From Squalus acanthias (taxonomy: Eukaryota), in contig CM059434.1 in NCBI GenBank assembly GCA_030390025.1, positions 130,510,001 to 130,574,000 of the forward strand: a stretch of 64,000 nucleotides of DNA. Direction: 5' to 3'. Under the pieces are notes generated by a model that searched no databases, was not told where the DNA came from, and saw nothing but the letters and a program-made list of their open reading frames with translations. Shown piece after piece: positions 60,965 to 64,000 of this stretch. Each line of letters opens with the position of its first letter. Within the stretch, counting starts at the first letter, position 1. A program made the translations under genes and the position numbers.

Positions 60965-61970
60965 ATTAGATTGGCAAATGGTGGGAAATGGTGTTCCACA
61001 AGGATCGGTGCTTGGACAACTATTGTTCACCATTTACATAAACGATTTGGACTCGGGAATCGGAAGTACCATTTCGAAATTTGCGGATGACATCAAATCG
61101 GGGGGGGGGTGTAGTTAATACAGAGGAGGACTGCAACAAAGTACAGAAAGACATTAATAAACTTGCAGAATGGGCGTGTAATTGGCAAATGAACTTCAAT
61201 ATATGTGATGTAGTACATTTTGGTAGGAAGAATAAGGAGGCCACATACTCCTTGGAAAATAAGTGTCTAAGCGGGGTCGAGGAGCAGAGGGATCTGGGGA
61301 CACAGATACACAAACCACAAAGTAGCGACGCAGGTTAATAAGGCCATTTAAAAAAAAAAGCAAACAAAGCGCTGGGGATCGAACTGAAAAGCAGAGGAGT
61401 TCTGTTAAACTTGTATAGAACCTTGGTTAGACCACACTTGAAGTGCTTTGAACAGTTCTGGTCTCCATATTATAAAAAGGATATAGAGGCGCTGGAGAAG
61501 GTGCAAAAAAGATTTACTAGAATGATACCAGAACTGAAAGGTTATAACTATCAGGAAAGATTCAACCAGCTGGGGCTCTTTTCTCTAGAAAAGAGAAGAC
61601 TGAGGGGTGACCTGATAGAGGTCTTTAAGATTATGAAGGGGTTTGATAGGGTAGACGTAGAGAAGATGTTTCCACTTGTGAGTGAGACCAGAACTTGCAG
61701 CCATAAATACAAGATAGTCACGAATAAATCCAAAAGGGAATTCAGAGAGTGGTTAGAGCGTGGAACTCGCCACCACAAGGAGTGGTTGAGGCGAATAGCA
61801 TAGATGCATTTAAGGGGAAGCTAGATAAACACATGAGGGAGAAAGGAACAGAAGGATATGCTGATGGGGTTAGATCAAGTCGGGTGGGAGGAGGCTCGTG
61901 TGGAGCATAAGCACCAGCACGGACCTGTTGGGCCGAGTGGCCTGTTTCTGTGCTGTAAACACTTTGTAAC
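60965..61970 (+). mobile_element. CR1 LINE fragment
   Basis: GVPQGSVLG / KFADD remnant; ORF 61411..61803. Confidence 0.88.
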
Positions 61971-64000
61971 TTAACTCATTGCTCAGATCTGATTCCACGG
62001 GCACTGACAATCCAAGTAACAATTCTTGACATGTGAGCCTAGAGAATGGGTAAGCCAGGCTATTTAACCTTGGGGAGAGGGAGGCAGCCTGAATTCACTC
62101 AGCAATCCACATGTTAACTTCCACCAGGGGTAGCTGAACATGGATCAGAGGCACGACCCCCATCTGATTTTCCCTTCCTAAACGCTAGGGTGCTGTGTTT
62201 CATTTGTTGTGCTTGTTTCTGCCTTGCCTGAGATCAGCTAACTGAGCACAGATGGAGGAAGGGAGAGGAAACATTTATGGATGAGGACCTGGAATCTATT
62301 TTTTTAAAATAAAAATTCAACCATAAAAATCAAATAAAAACAGTTGCTTGTTCTTTTGTTGCCAGCTTTGATAGGCACTTGTCAGTGTCGTCCACATGCT
62401 GAGAACATAAAACAATGTTGATTAGGAATTTCTTGCTTGCAAGCAGGATACAATTAGAAGAGGACTTTGAGTCCCCTTCAGAAGCACCTATCGAAAGTAC
62501 TGCTGTTTGACAAGCACTGTAGACGGGCTGCTTTTTATGAGTTTTCCGACAAATTGTTCCTGGACAGAACCCAACGTTCAATTGTGCAGGTTTTGTTAAA
62601 TTAGCCACACAGTTCTGCAATTTACATTCATTTTCGGCTTCAACTTTGAACACATTTCCTTACTGGTCGACATTACAAAGAAAGAAGGGACTTGCATTTT
62701 CATGGTGTCGCTCAGGACTCTGGGCTGGCGGTCTGCCTTTGATTAGATCCATCCGACTTCAGGATCAGACGCACGCAGCCCGAGTGGGTTTTCCTGTGTG
62801 TAAATATTCTTGCACCTGGTGCAGGGGCTTTGTACAAGGCCCGGCGAGCTATCCTCTTTCTGTGTTATCGTATCGTTCCGCAGTTTGTGGAAGAAACCCC
62901 GTGTTGTTGCCTTGAAGATTTTGTTATTGAGTGAGAGCAGTGCATGGTTAGCACGGCGTGATTCCAATAGTATTTGATGATGTTCTTTCCCCCTGCCAAT
63001 TTTCTCCCCGAGGTCGGGTACAGCTGCTGTAGTTGGCCTCAGCGGCCCTGGGTGAACCAGGGGAATTCTGCCAGCATTCTTGCTCCTGATGCTTATCCAT
63101 TGGGCCCTGCAAGAAGTGCACGTTTGTGGACTTGGGGATGAGGACGGGATAAGGATAAGTGTGGTGATGCCGTCCACACTCAAATAGGTACTACCACCAC
63201 TCACTGTCGAGGCTCACACTTTTAACCGTGTCCTCTTGGCTGAGGTTCTGGTGGGGGGAGATCTGATTCGTCAATGAATCATACAGGGATTTACATTGAT
63301 TTCAGGAGATGGCAATTAGGTTTCACAGAGTCCCCTGACTCCCCTCTCTCCCCCCACCCCCGGTACTTTGAGGAATTTCATGGTCTCCATGCAACATGTG
63401 CAGTACATTTTTTTTCAGTCCTATTTATAAGTGGTAATGCTGCGCTAATTCCAGCAGGGGGCAATAGTGACTGGTATTCTTATTTTCCGAGCAGCAATCT
63501 GTTGGATCAGAATGAGCAGATTGATTGTTCTTCCCCTCCATTACAGTAAGAGTCTGACTTTAATGTGCTACATTTAAAGCGTTCGTCAAGGGTCACGATC
63601 TCAAGTGGTGCCATAATGGAGGGTTGCCATCACCCCATATACCATACAGCAACTTCATTTTTAAAGCACTATTTCCACCCCCCCCCCACTTTCCTTCTAT
63701 CCTGCCCTTCCTCCCAACTGAATCTGAACTGCAGCAAAGTCCCAGAGCTGGCGAGCTGGGAATCAGGACCCAGAAATAGCATGGAGCAGCACGCCTGCTA
63801 TGGAGGACTTGGGTCGTAAGTGGCCCCCAATCCCTATTCTGAACAAGCATCTGTTCGTCTGGTTGGGGTCTTTGGAACATTTCTCCCCCGATGAAAGAGG
63901 CCAGTTTTATAAACTGTCCAGTCTCTGTTCAGGACGGAGTGAAATCTTGTTGGTTTAGAAGTGACTCCCAAAAGAGCTCGTTGCTGTGTGCATGAGATGG

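Noticed and set aside
57362-64000. NRF1 exon 10 and the miR-183/96/182 cluster
   Set aside because: I could not find SEAAAHAVATLAEA-coding sequence or the mature miRNA sequences on either strand; expected further downstream

Overview
Vertebrate genomic DNA, most consistent with a shark or other elasmobranch given its repeat families (CR1/HER1-type LINEs, L2, HE1-type V-SINEs, Deu-type SINEs). It is not prokaryotic. The only recognisable host gene is NRF1 (nuclear respiratory factor 1) on the + strand. It has a CpG-rich promoter and non-coding exon 1 near 15.9-16.1 kb, and eight coding exons from 28670 to 57361 (about 404 codons, all GT-AG, phases consistent); the last exons lie beyond the window. 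The rest is mostly transposon-derived. The most striking structure is two families of short (about 50-460 bp), ORF-less, fold-back insertions. Most carry 12-15 bp target-site duplications, a fixed unpaired tail of about 31-38 nt, and minimal hammerhead-ribozyme motifs, which matches Penelope-like retroelement termini. Also present are Harbinger-, Tigger- and hAT-type MITEs, a 21-bp satellite, a 31-bp minisatellite and candidate intronic enhancers. Repeat boundaries are approximate; family names come from recall, not a database search.
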